A stretch of 64,000 bases of DNA from Eledone cirrhosa (lineage: Eukaryota): NCBI GenBank assembly GCA_964016885.1, contig OZ024741.1, forward strand, positions 406,534,001 to 406,598,000. Reading direction: 5' to 3'. The notes beneath the pieces were generated by a model. That model searched no databases. It saw only the letters and a list, made by a program, of their open reading frames with translations, and had not been told where the DNA came from. The position numbers and the translations under genes are program-made. Positions 1-13,431 of this stretch are shown here, one piece after another. Numbering within the stretch: position 1 is the stretch's first letter; the number at the start of each line of letters is the position of its first letter.

Positions 1-170
1 AGAGAGAGAGTGACGAAAATAACCCGAATAAGCCATTTATTCCATAATTAACGTTTTTTTTATTTTTATGTTTTTTTTAAATCTATTATACTTGGTTTAA
101 TGTTTGACTTTTGTTGCTACCTGTACCTAATGTAGCGTCTTTATAGATGGGAGAAAAGACCAGCTAATGT

Positions 171-385
171 TATGTGTGTGTGTGACAGCTCACACCTATG
201 TGTGTGTGTCTGTGTGACAGCCCACATCTATATGTGTGTGTGTGTGTGACAGCTCACACCTATGTGTGTGTGTGTGTGACAGCCCACATCTATGTGTGTG
301 TTTGTGACAGCTCACACCTATGTGTGTGTGTGTGTGTGACAGCCCACACCTATGTGTGTGTGTATGTGTCACAGCCCACATCTAT
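171..385. repeat. Compound minisatellite (TG)n-ACAGC(T/C)CACA(C/T)CTA, about 7 units of 28-34 bp
   Basis: Directly visible repeated unit with a variable TG tract. Confidence 0.9.
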
Positions 386-477
386 GCAGGTTTAGCTGGC
401 CTCCTCCAAGGTATATCTCGTTGGAGGTGTCTTGGGTGATTTAATGATAGGGGCCCCAGGCCTATCATCTCATTTCT

Positions 478-610
478 ACAGCTGAGTAAACTGGAACAAC
501 GTGAAATAAAGTGTCTTGCTCAGGGAAATAACACATCACCCGGCCCGAGAATTGAACTCACAACTTTTCAATTGCAAGCCCAATGCTCTAACCACTAAGC
601 CAAGCGCCTG
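478..610 (-). mobile_element. tRNA-derived SINE (family with a GAGCAAGACACTT CORE-like segment)
   Basis: Minus strand reads GGCTTAGTGGTTAGAGC (A box)...GAGTTCAATTC (B box)...CTGAGCAAGACACTTTATTTCACG. Related copies at about 7238-7337, 11690-11810 and 15030-15160. Confidence 0.75.
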
Positions 611-639
611 CTAGAAATAAAGATAAAATTAATAAACAA

Positions 640-770
640 TCCTAGACCTCCTACAGGGAAACTCCTTCTCTATTTTGTCCGCCGGGGCCGCCGGACGGCC
701 AGCGCGTGGGCCTTTATTTGATTCTAAAAGTGAGAGATGGGGAGAGCGAGAGAGACTGGGGCCGTGACTC
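640..770 (+). mobile_element. Extreme 3' end plus UTR of a CRE-like (RLE) non-LTR retrotransposon
   Basis: Encodes DLLQGNSFSILSAG, matching the C-terminus at 2850-2895. The UTR GTGAGAGATGGGGA.AGCGAGAGAGAC matches 34820-34850 on the minus strand. Confidence 0.6.
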
Positions 771-1019
771 TACCATCTTTGCTGAAGTATCTTGTAGAGT
801 TAAACAAAATCTTTGAGTACATGAAAGCTACGAAAAGATACAACAGAAACTTCTGTTTTAAGGCTTCCTTTGTTACCTAATTTCCTCTGATTTTTCATTT
901 TCTTGCACAATCTGCCTCCCATTGACCTTTTTTTATTACCAACTGGAAGGAGTACTCGATACTTCACCCTAGTCTCTCATGGCTTACTAGTTCTATACGG
1001 ACGTTTAGATTGAATAAAT

Positions 1020-1465
1020 AATTTGCCGGTGTACAAGTCGACAATTTGAGCCTAAAAATATCCCTCCGAAACCAGGAGTCGACTTGTCCGCCGAATATAA
1101 AATGTTAACCTTTACCTCTGAGGGGTAAACAGTGAAACTGCCTGCCTAACACTCGCTGTACACTACTTACCATAACTCTAGCAGCCCACCACAATTATTT
1201 CCTACTGAATCTCATATTTTTTAAGTCTATTTAACGTAGAGATTATAATAATATTTTATTTTATAACTATTTAGTGTTTATTCCCATGTTTTATATTTTG
1301 TACAAATAAAGAATGGCAGGCACATCTAGGGCTGGGGAGATGGCACTGCCTTATCGTTGGAGGGGGGGGGTCGTCTTATTCGGCGAATATAAACCTAAAT
1401 TACACCTCAGAATTTTAGGAGTCGACCTATGCACTGGATCGATTTGTACGTTGGCATATACGGTA
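1020..1465. mobile_element. Degenerate Tc1/mariner (Tc2-like) MITE
   Basis: Right end ...GTCGAC...ATATACGGTA resembles Tc2-type termini. Repeated GTCGAC/CGCCGAATA submotifs occur at both ends, but the left TIR is eroded. Confidence 0.4.
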
Positions 1466-1542
1466 AATAAAATAACTACCACAATACTTATTCAGACACT
1501 CACTTCCATCATTCCCATCAATACCAATATATCAATGTTTAA

Positions 1543-1845
1543 TCAAATCCCGCCGAGGTTAACTTTGCCTTTCATCCTTACGGGTCGATAAAATAAAGTA
1601 CCAGTAATGCACTGGGATAATTGCTGGCCTTGTACCAAAAGTAGAAACAATTATCAGAGCGGTGGATTGGCAGTATCGGTAGAGGGTCAGACGCCATGCC
1701 TTGCAGCAAAGAGTTACGGCCCTTTATGGTCTGAGTTCAAACCCCGCCGAGGTTAACTTTGCCTTTCATCCTTACGGGGTCGATAAAATAAAGTACCAGT
1801 AATGCATTGGGATAATTGCCGGCCTTGTGTCAAAAGTAGAAATAA
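1543..1845 (+). mobile_element. Two tandem copies (one 5'-truncated) of the dominant tRNA-derived SINE
   Basis: GGATTGGCAGTATCGGTAGAG (A box-like), GAGTTCAAACCC (B box), conserved GCCTTTCATCCTTACGGGGTCGATAAAATAAAGTACCAG, 3' GGCCTTGT...AAAGTAGAAA. More than 10 related copies occur in the window. Confidence 0.85.
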
Positions 1846-2052
1846 AAAAATGTTTAATCATAGATGAAAGAACAAAACTGATCTGTGTAACTTCCAAACT
1901 ATTATGTAATCCACATCCGTATAAACATGTGATACGTGCAAAGTTTAACAACACAACACATTTTCAACCAAGATTTTATCGTCTGATTACTGATTCGATG
2001 ACGTGACAAAATCTCAAGAGAAAACCTTTGAACACAATTATTTTAAATTGTG

Positions 2053-2920
2053 TTCTCCAGCCGCAACCTGGTGCAGTCTGTGACTAACCCAGGTTCTGCT
2101 GCACGTCGGGCTGGGGAGGCCAAACTCTCCAAATACCGGTCACTCTCCGACATGTTTGCAGTTGTACCCTTGGCAGTGGAGACTTCTGGTGTCCGCGTCC
2201 CTAGGGCCACCTCCCTACTCACCACTATAGGCACTGAGCTGGCTACCCCTACCAGTGGAGACTTCTGGTGTCCTCGTCCCTAGGGCCACCTCCCTACTCA
2301 CCACTATAGGCACTGAGCTGGCTACCCCTACCAGTGGAGACTTCTGGTGTCCTCGTCCCTAGGGCCACCTCCCTACTCACCACCATAGGCACTGAGCTGG
2401 CTACCCCTAACAGTGGAGACTTCTGGTGTCCTCGTCCCTAGGGCCACCTCCCTACTCACCACTATAGGCACTGAGCTGGCTACCCCTAACAGTGGAGACC
2501 TCTGGTGTCCTCGGCCCTAGGGCTACCTCCCTACTCACCACTATAGGCACTGAGCTGGCTACCCCTACCAGTGGAGACTTCTGGTGTCCTCGGCCCTAGG
2601 GCTACCTCTCTACTCACCACCATAGGCACTGAGCTGGCTACCCCTAACAGTGGAGACCTCTGGTGTCCTCGTCCCTAGGGCTACCTCCCTACTCACCACT
2701 ATAGGCACTGAGCTGGCTACCCCTAACAGTGGAGACCTCTAGTGTCCTCGGTCCTAGGGCTACCTCCCTACTCACCCCCATAGGCGCTGAGCTGGCCAGC
2801 CGCAGGTGTGAGCCTCACGAGCTGGAATGGCTCTTCCAGCGCGTCTCCTTGCCGTCCTCCGGGGAAACACCTTCTCCATTCTGTCCGCCGGGGCTGTGGG
2901 GAGGCCACCAATATGATTGA
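2053..2920 (+). mobile_element. CRE-like non-LTR retrotransposon 3' fragment (restriction-like endonuclease domain), interrupted by an internal 79-bp tandem array
   Basis: Translates GSAARRAGEAKLSKYRSLSD..VPLAVETSGV.GPRA..LLT.IG.ELA...EWLFQRVSL..., the K..KY / AVET.G / QR.SLA..RGN pattern of CRE-clade RLE C-termini. Confidence 0.8.
2174..2795 (+). repeat. 79-bp tandem repeat, 8 copies
   Basis: CAGTGGAGAC recurs at 2174, 2253, 2332, 2411, 2490, 2569, 2648 and 2727. Confidence 0.95.
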
Positions 2921-3213
2921 CTGACTTGTCATTTTATCAGTCAGATGTTTCTAGACGGTTAGTGAAAGTTCTTAACGGATTCTTGTAGAAATCCACACCA
3001 ACAAAACATTTTTTTCAAAAAGGACAGATTGCAGATTGGTATCTTGTTTTGTTTTTATTGGAAAGACTGAGAGATCGATTCCAAGAATATAAATAACAAA
3101 TCTAAGATTGTTCTGATTTCTAATTTCGTTCAGTGAGGTTCGTCGTTGACACAGCAGGACATTCATGCTGAGAAAATATTCCAAAGATGATTTTTTTCCT
3201 AATGTTAATCTTT

Positions 3214-4665
<1,452 letters not shown>

Positions 4666-4979
4666 GTGTGGAGTGGGGACAAATGTCTCATGGATATATT
4701 TTTTTTATTTTCCTTCTTCATGAAAATCTATCTTGTATCTTTCCGATTGTGAATTATAACAAGATTTCAGCGGCAGAAGTTGAAATGCCAGAGAAGAAAT
4801 GTAGAATCTACTTAGAGAGATTAGTGGGTTAGATGTAGAGAAAGTTGATTAAGAAAAGTTAACCAAACCGTATTACACAACAACACTGAATTTCAACACG
4901 ATGTTTTCAATAGATAAACAGACATAAAAATACAGACTCCATTAATTCTATTAATGGAGTCTGTTTTAATTGTGTTAAG

Positions 4980-5370
4980 ACGATGAATTGTGAGAGTCGT
5001 TAGAACGTCAGATAGAATACTTTGTGGTATTTGTTTCGAATCTCTGACCTCTCAGTTCAAATCCCGTCGAAGTCAACTTTGCCTTTCATCCATTCGAGAT
5101 CGATAAAACTTTGCCTGTCATCCATTCGAGGTCGATAAAAAACTAATCTAATACTGGTTTCTGATTTTGGAACAAAGCCAACTGTGTGTGTGTGTGGGGG
5201 GGGGGGGGTGATTGAATCGGCCCCAGTGTGTTACTGGTACTTTATTTTATCAAACCCCGTAAGGATTAAAGGCAAAGCTCACCTCGGCGGGATTTGAACT
5301 CAGAACGTAAAGGGCCATAACTATATGCCACAAAGAATGTTGCCCAACGTTCTACTGATACTACCAATCA
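4980..5370. mobile_element. Two SINE copies in opposite orientation (+ at 4980-5140, - at 5150-5370)
   Basis: Same B box and GCCTTTCATCC...GTCGATAAAA core as 1658-1845. Confidence 0.75.
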
Positions 5371-5450
5371 CGGGGTCAATTCTTCCTCACTTTCTATCAC
5401 TTTCTTTCATTCTCTGGAAGAAATCCTCTGTAATCAGACCTGGAGAGGAG

Positions 5451-5549
5451 TGTTGTTGTTGTTGGTGGTGGTGGTGGTGGTGTTGTTGTTGGTGGTGGTG
5501 GTGGCGGTGGTGGTGGTGGCTTTGGTAGTATTAGTGGTTGTGGTGGTAG

Positions 5550-5580
<31 letters not shown>

Positions 5581-5723
5581 GGTGTTGTTGTTGTTGGTGG
5601 TGGTGGTGGTGATGGTGGTGGCGGTGGTGGTGGTGGTGGTGGTGGTGGTGTTGTTGTTGGTGGTGGTGGTGGTGTTGTTGGTGGTGGTGGTGATGGTGGT
5701 GGCGGTGGTGGTGGTGGTGGTGG

Positions 5724-5754
<31 letters not shown>

Positions 5755-5755
5755 G

Positions 5756-5787
<32 letters not shown>

Positions 5788-5905
5788 GATGGTGGTGGCG
5801 GTGGTGGTGGTGGTGGTGGTGTTGTTGGTGGTGGTGGTGATGGGGGTGGCGGTGGTGGTCGTGGTGGTGATGTTGTTGTTGTTGTTGGTGGTGGTGGTGA
5901 TGTTG

Positions 5906-5937
<32 letters not shown>

Positions 5938-6055
5938 GGTGGTGTTGTTGTTGTTGGTGGTGGTGGTGGTGTTGGTGGTGGTGTTGTTGTTGGTGGTGGT
6001 GGTGGTGTTGGTGGTGTTGGTGTTGTTGTTGTTGGTGGTGGTGTTGATGGTGGTG

Positions 6056-6087
<32 letters not shown>

Positions 6088-6671
6088 GGTGGTAGTGTTG
6101 TTGTTGGTGGTAGTGTTGTTGTTGGTGATGGTGTTGATTGTGGTGGTAGTGTTGTTGTTGGTGGTGGTGGTGGTTGTGGTGGTAGTGTTGTTGTTGGTGG
6201 TGGTTGTGGTGGTAGTGTTGTTGTTGGTGGTGGTGGTGGTGGTTGTGGTGGTAGTGTTGTTGTTGTTGGTGGTGGTGGTGTTGTTGTTGGTGGTGGTAGT
6301 GGTGGCTTTGGTAGTATTAGTGGTTGTGGTGGTAGTGTTGTTGTTGGTGGTGGTGGTGGTGGTGGTGGTGGTAGTGTTGTTGTTGTTGGTGGTGGTGGTG
6401 TTGTTGTTGGTGGTGGTAGTGGTGGCTTTGGTAGTATTAGTGGTTGTGGTGGTAGTGTTGTTGTTGGTGGTGGTGGTGGTGGTGGTGGTGGTAGTGTTGT
6501 TGTTGTTGGTGGTGGTGGTGTTGTTGTTGGTGGTGGTAGTGGTGGCTTTGGTAGTATTAGTGGTTGTGGTGGTAGTGTTGTTGTTGGTGGTGGTGGTGGT
6601 GGTGGTGGTGGTAGTGTTGTTGTTGTTGGTGGTGGTGGTGGTGGTGGTAGTATTAGTGTTTGTGGTGGTAG

Positions 6672-6702
<31 letters not shown>

Positions 6703-7090
6703 GGTGTTGTTGTTTTTGTTGGTGGTGGTGGTAGTGTTGTTGTTGTTGGTGGTGGTGGTGTTGTTGGTGGTGATGGTGGTGGTGGTGGGTGGTGTTGTTG
6801 TTGGTGGTGGTGGTAGTGTTGTTGTTGTTGGTGGTGGTGGTGGTAGTGTTGTTGTTGGTGGTGGTGGTGTTGTTGTTGTTGTTGTTGTTGTTGGTGGTGG
6901 TGGTAGTGTTGTTGTTGGTGGTGGTGGTGGTGTTGTTGGTGGTGATGGTGGTGGTGGTGTTGATGTTGGTGGTGGTGGTGGTGGTGGTGGTGTTGATATT
7001 GGTGGCGGTGGTGGTGGTGGTGGTGTTGTTGTTGTTGGTGGTGGTGGTGGTGGTGGCTTTGGTAGTATTAGTGGCTGTGGTGGTAGTAGT
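5451..7090. repeat. (GGT/GTT)n trinucleotide low-complexity array with an internal 120-bp higher-order repeat at about 6200-6620
   Basis: Directly visible. GGCTTTGGTAGTATTAGTGG recurs at 120-bp spacing (about 6304, 6424, 6544). Confidence 0.95.
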
Positions 7091-7379
7091 TCGAAAAGAT
7101 GAAATGGCGAATTCTGTGAAATTTGGACTTTGAATGTAATGGATTGATCGACTTTCGTCAAATCGGACCGAGGAAACAATGTTTCCGTTGGTCTTTCCAG
7201 TTGCTAATACTGTCTATCGGTAGCAACTCCAGGTAGAAGGAGCAACGTGAAATAAAGTGTCTTGCTCAAGGACATAACACATCTCCCGGTCCTGAAATCG
7301 AACTCACAACCTCAAGATTGTGAATCCAATTCTCTAACTACTCATCCACACACCTTTAGGTATCAACTCTAAAATATTG

Positions 7380-8320
7380 TAGATTTCCTAATGATGTTAT
7401 CTCAGATATAAACCTATTCTCTATACTTTACATTAAGACCTCCATTATTAACTATAAAATACTATTTTCTTATCATATAACTTAAATGCCAACTAATTCT
7501 CTATCTATATATTTAGATACAGCTATAGTACACATATCATATATCAACTATACAATACTCTATATTTTCACATCATATATCCTGGATATCATCCTATTGT
7601 CTATCTATAATTTTACATTTAGTTTTACTTCACATATCACATATTAACTATACAATAATGTGTCATCATATATCTTCAATATCAACTAATTCATTATATA
7701 TAAATTTACTTTAAGGTTTACTTCACATATCAACTATAAAATACTGTATCATAATATATCTTAAATATCATCCACTTCTCTATATATAACTTTACTCTAA
7801 GATCTACTTCACCCACTAACTATACAATACTGTATATTTCCCCATCATATATCGTAAATATCATCCTCATCATATATCTTAAATATCAACCTCTTCACTA
7901 GATATAACTTTACATTAAGGTTTACTTCACATATCAACTATAAAATATTGTATATTTCCCCATCATATATCGTAAATATCAACCTCTTGACTAGATATAA
8001 CTTCACATTAAGGTTTACTTCACATATCAACTATACAATACTGTATATTTCCCCATCATATATCTTAAATATCATCCTCATCATATATCTTAAATATCAA
8101 CCTCTTCACTAGATATAACTTCACATTTAGGTTTACTTCACATATCAACTATACAATATTGTATATTACCCTATCATATATCGTCAATATCATCCTCATC
8201 ATATATCTTAAATATCAACCTCTTCACTAGATATTCACATTTAGGTTTACTTCACATATCAACTATACAATATTCTATATTACCCCATCATATATCGTAA
8301 ATATCAACCTGTTCTCTCCA
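7380..8320. repeat. Degenerate AT-rich tandem repeat, unit about 90-115 bp
   Basis: TTTACTTCACATATCAACTATACAATA.TGTATATT.CCCCATCATATATC recurs about 8 times, most homogeneous at 7900-8300. Confidence 0.85.
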
Positions 8321-9105
8321 TATATACCTCTACCTATATAATACTTCTATCTTTATTTATCGGCTTAGTTTCATTTGTTTCACTATCTTGGACATGATTT
8401 CTTAAATTAAACGTCTGGAACGAATTATAAGAACATTAGGCAGCATTGCCTAGCAACGAATACCTGGAATTTATCGATGACACCTGAAGCATAAGTCACA
8501 CGAAATACAAATATAAAGCTTGTATTTCTTCTCAAATATGTCTTATTCCTTGATTAGCTTCACAGTAAATGTATAAATGTTAGCAATGAGTTATTTAATT
8601 TGTTGATTATTCAACAAATTTAGTTTATAACAGATTAGAAGCACTCAACAATTTTCTTCTGGAGTATAATATCAATAATATTAATAAATGGAAGCTATCT
8701 TATATAAAACCATATTTATTTTATTATATATATTTCAAGGGTACCAACATTTTGGTACGCTCTCATCAGATAAAATACAAAAGTTGGTTTACAGATAGTG
8801 ACATATCCAGGTAAGAACTTAATGTTGTGAGTTCTATTTGGATAGTGTAATAGTTAAATGTATAAATGTATAAATTTATATATAACGACGTAGCAGTACC
8901 GCCGGTATGTATGGCTGTGTAAGTATCTCTGTACAGTTAAGAAGTTCGTTTTACATTTGATTCCACTGAGCAAAAACTGAGTAATTATTTTCTATCATAG
9001 ATGGACTCCATGTGTGTATAATGTCTGAAATGTTAAGACTCCTTTCCTATTATTTCAAGCGTTAAACTAACATATTTATTCATTGTACTGTGACATTTGC
9101 TTTTG

Positions 9106-9106
<1 letters not shown>

Positions 9107-9187
<81 letters not shown>

Positions 9188-9319
9188 ACATATATATATA
9201 TATATATATACATACATATGGTGTTGGTGGTGTTGGTGGTGGTGGTGGTGGTGGTGGTGGTGGTGGTGGTGGTGGTGGTGGTGGCGGTAGTGGTGGTTGT
9301 TGTGGTGGTGGTGGTTGTG

Positions 9320-9372
<53 letters not shown>

Positions 9373-9420
9373 TTAGTAGTAGCAGCAGCAGCAGCAGCAG
9401 TAGCGGCAATAGTAGTAGTA
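9107..9420. repeat. (CA)n-(TA)n-(GGT)n-(AGT)n-(AGC)n compound microsatellite
   Basis: Directly visible. Confidence 0.95.
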
Positions 9421-9495
9421 GGTCTGATATCATTGGTTTCTCACTAATTACAGTCACATTATATTTATTGAATAAAGGCGGAAATATTATGGAGT

Positions 9496-11205
9496 CTGTA
9501 GTGAAATGTGATCTGGTAGAGGTCTGTAGTGAAATGTGATCTGGTAGAGGTCTGTAGTGAAATGTGATCTGGTAGAGGTCTGTAGTGAAATGTGATCTGG
9601 TTGAGATCTGTAGTGAAATGTGATCTGGTAGAGGTCTGTAGTGAAATGTGATCTGGTTGAGATCTGTAGCGAAATGTGATCTGGTAGAGGTCTGTAGTGA
9701 AATGTGATCTGGTAGAGGTCTGTAGTGAAATGTGATCTGGTAGAGGTGTGTAGTGAAATGTGATCTGGTTGAGATCTGTAGTGAAATGTGATCTGGTAGA
9801 GGTCTGTAGTGAAATGTGATCTGGTAGAGGTCTGTAGTGAAATGTGATCTGGTTGAGATCTGTAGTGAAATGTGATCTGGTAGAGGTCTGTAGTGAAATG
9901 TGATCTGGTAGAGGTCTGTAGTGAAATGTGATCTGGTTGAGATCTGTAGTGAAATGTGATCTGGTAGACATCTGTAGTGAAATGTGATCTGGTAGAGGTC
10001 TGTAGTGAAATGTGATCTGGTAGAGGTATGTAGTGAAATGTGATCTGGTAGAGGTCTGTAGTGAAATGTGATCTGGTAGACATCTGTAGTGAAATGTGAT
10101 CTGGTAGAGGTCTGTAGTGAAATGTGATCTGGTAGAGGTCTGTAGTGAAATGTGATCTGGTAGAGGTCTGTAGTGAAATGTGATCTGGTAGACATCTGTA
10201 GTGAAATGTGATCTGGTAGAGGTATGTAGTGAAATGTGATCTGGTAGACATCTGTAGTGAAATGTGATCTAGTAGAGGTCTGTAGTGAAATGTGATCTGG
10301 TAGACATCTGTAGTGAAATGTGATCTGGTAGAGGTCTGTAGTGAAATGTGATCTGGTAGAGGTCTGTAGTGAAATGTGATCTGGTTGAGATCTGTAGTGA
10401 AATGTGATCTGCTAGAGGTCTGTAGTGAAATGTGATCTGGTAGACATCTGTAGTGAAATGTGATCTGGTTGAGATCTGTAGTGAAATGTGATCTGGTAGA
10501 GGTCTGTAGTGAAATGTGATCTGGTAGAGGTCTGTAGTGAAATGTGATCTGGTAGAGATCTGTTGTGAAATGTGATCTGGTAGAGGTCTGTAGTGAAATA
10601 TGATCTGGTAGAGATCCGTAGTGAAATGTGATCTGGTAGAGATCTGTTGTGAAATGTGATCTGGTAGAGATCTGTTGTGAAATATGATCTGGTAGAGATC
10701 CGTAGTGAAATGTGATCTGATAGACATCTGTTGTGAAATGTGATCTGGTAGTGATATGTTGTGAAATGTGATCTGGTAGAGATCCGTAGTGAAATGTGAT
10801 CTGGTAGAGATCTGTTGTGAAATGTGTTCTGGTAGAGATCTGTAGTCAAATGTGATCTGGTAGATATCTCTAGTGAAATGTGATCTGATAGACATCTGTT
10901 GTGAAATGTGATCTGGTAGACATATGTTGTGAAATGTGATCTGGTAGAGATCTGTAGTGAAATATGATCTGGTAGAGATCTGTAGTGAAATGTGATCTGG
11001 TAGATATCTGTAATGAAATGTGATCTGGTAGAGATCTGTAGTGAAATGTGATCTGGTAGAGATCTGTTGTGAAATGTGATCTGGTAGACATATGTTGTGA
11101 AATGAGATCTGGTAGAGATATGTAGTGAAATTTGATCTGGTAGAGATCTGTACTGAAATGTGATCTGGTAGAGATCTGTTGTGAAATGTGATCTGGCAGA
11201 GATGT
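9496..11205. repeat. 28-bp minisatellite CTGTAGTGAAATGTGATCTGGTAGAGGT, about 61 copies
   Basis: Period 28 (9496, 9524...). No unique spacers. Confidence 0.97.
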
Positions 11206-11299
11206 CTTGGATTTATTCAGCAGCAGACATATTGGTCAACAATAGTCAACAGACTACTGGCTTTCATTGTTATGTCTGGAAGATTATAATACATCATTC

Positions 11300-11515
11300 A
11301 ATGGATTGGCAGGAATTGGTAGAGCGTCGGACAACATGCTTAGTGGTATAGAGTTACGGCCCTTTGCGTTCTGAGTTCAAATCCCGACGAGGTTAGCTTT
11401 CCCTTTCATCCTTACGTGGTCAATAAAATAAAGTACCAGTAATGCACTGGAATCGATTTAATCGACTTTACTCTCCCTCAAAAATTGTTGGCCGTGTGTC
11501 TACAGTAGAAACCAG
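11300..11515 (+). mobile_element. Dominant tRNA-derived SINE copy
   Basis: A/B boxes and conserved core as at 1658-1845. Confidence 0.8.
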
Positions 11516-12414
11516 TATAATGCATCAATGACCAGGAAAGATTGCTGCTCATATCTAAGTCTGTGACAAGCCAGGATACTCATCAGGCAGGTGCTTAGCC
11601 CGGCTTTCAGCGACTGACAGTACAAGACCCGCCCCTTGGTCAGGATGGTATCCCATCGCAGGGTTAAGCCCCCAGATATTGCAAGTACTCATTTTCAGTT
11701 GAGTATACTGGAGCAATATGAAATAAAATGTTTTGCTCAAGAATAGGAATAGGAATGGAACGTACGATATGATCGAAAGTCCTACAGCCTTACCACTAGG
11801 CCACACGCCTCCACCAATACTTCTCTTGTAGTGTGTGAATAACAGGTCTACATTTCGAGCGTGACACTTTAATGGTGATCATTAAAAATACCTTTCTTTT
11901 CTTTTTGTTAGAGAAGAACATAGGTTAGAAGATCTGAGAGATATCACAGTGGCAAGTATTAGGAAGTTAGATAATAAATTTATCAAATGATATCAGCGGA
12001 ATTCCTTCATGCATATTTCCAGTTCTTCTCACGCTGAATTAAAGAATGAAAAAGTGGAAATGATTGATGCGGGATAATAGCCGAAATATAACTGCTGAGG
12101 AAAGAATGGAGAGTGTTCCTGTGATTATTAAAACTACTCTGATACCAAATAATAGTAAGGAGAGGTGTCGGAATAAGTGAAGGTGGGGGTGGAAAATCGA
12201 TAGTATTTCTAGGATTTCTCCGTTGAATTTTTTAAACCTGAATTAGTCATTTAGTTTACATATTGAGATCCCAACCCATCCTATTTATTTTATAACGTAT
12301 GAGATTTCTAGTAATGTACTTTTTTGCCATGTATAATGTGTTTTTGTTTTTAGTGTATTGTATTAAGAAAATTGTCTCAGGAATGCTACTACTTAAAATA
12401 AAATTTCGCAGGAG

Positions 12415-12795
12415 ATAGATTAGTCGAAATGTGGTTCCTCCGATAGGTCTTTGGAGTAATGTTACTCTATAGAGTGTGTAGCTCGGAGATCAGAGAGTCA
12501 CTTCAAGTAGAGCGGCTACTTCTCCAAATCGATAGATCACAGCTCCGATAACACAGACATGGACTTTGAATGTCTCAGAAAAGAATCACTGAACAGATTT
12601 TACAGGCAAAAACCAACCGACAAGAAATCCAGGCGTAGACCCCCGAGCATGATCATTGGTTAACATCCATGAGTTCACCTAGTTTCGCTTGGAGATCCAG
12701 CGTGATCAGCTGGAGACAGTGGCTTCAGACAGGACCCTCTGGTAGGAGTATTTGAGGACTCTGTCCCCTCGACCTTCTCAGGAATAAGTGGGAGA
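12415..12795 (+). mobile_element. RTE-clade LINE 3' fragment (decayed)
   Basis: Translates EMWFLR.VFGVMLLYRVCSSEIRESLQVERLLLQIDRSQLR...KPT.K..R.RP...VASDR..W, typical of the RTE C-terminus. Same family as 17098-17415. Confidence 0.75.
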
Positions 12796-12996
12796 AGCAG
12801 ATAAATATAGATTAGTACAATGTAATAAACAGAGTGGGATCGATTAGACGCGAGAGTATGTGACTGGACTCAAGATAATCTTTCCAGCAGAATGATGAAA
12901 GAATATATCACATACAATGAACTTTCCAAAAAACATTATTTTAGTACAAACTAAAATAATAGATATTAAATATTTATATATATTCATTGTTAAATT

Positions 12997-13063
<67 letters not shown>

Positions 13064-13278
13064 AATATCTTTAAGTCGTTTGGAAGCCTCGACAATGCAA
13101 ATGGGTAAATCTCCGGGTAACAAGGTCCGGTGGTGGAGAGAGAGATGTAAGTGGGTGTACGTTGAGATGCGTGGTGTGTATAAGATGTGTGATATGTGTA
13201 GAATGAAGGGAAGAGTATAAAGGATAAAAATAAAAATAACAACACAAGAGAGAGTTACCTTGGGAGAGATTTAATAGT

Positions 13279-13314
13279 CCCTATATATTTCGGATTCACA
13301 TCCATCAACTGGGG
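13279..13314 (-). ncRNA. Degenerate minimal hammerhead ribozyme motif
   Basis: Minus strand: CCC-CAGTTGA(2 mismatches to CTGANGA)-T-GGAT GTGA ATCC-GAAA-TATA-TA-GGG. Stems I and II and the palindromic loop III are intact. Confidence 0.45.
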
Positions 13315-13393
13315 TTTTTTTCCTGGGTGGGGGAAAAGGTTGTCTGTCGGACAAGTCCGGAACGCGTCTTTCGCTGTTTGTTGTTTTATCCTT

Positions 13394-13427
<34 letters not shown>

Positions 13428-13431
<4 letters not shown>

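Noticed and set aside
1-45. Hammerhead-like GTGACGA...CCCGAAA (also 4095-4130 and 59272-59300)
   Set aside because: Core mismatched and no closing stem I or III could be found.
520-610. tRNA gene
   Set aside because: A/B boxes are present but there is no intact cloverleaf, and it continues into a SINE body. The same applies to the other SINE heads.
5434-7179. 581-aa Thr/Asn/Pro and 550-aa Val/Leu ORFs (mucin-like)
   Set aside because: Trinucleotide (GGT/GTT)n repeats lack stops by composition. There is no domain, signal peptide or splice support.
8464-8483. 20-nt minus-strand microexon (TTCAG...CAG|GTATTC)
   Set aside because: Weak donor and no supporting neighbouring exons.
9504-9514. AAATGTGATCT matches the bacterial CRP half-site
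   Set aside because: Half-site only, within an animal minisatellite, so coincidental.
9080-11091. Repetitive ORFs (STRSHFTTDLYQITFHY...) and a CRISPR-like 28-bp period
   Set aside because: Pure tandem array without unique spacers. The ORFs arise from a stop-free strand, and there are no cas genes.
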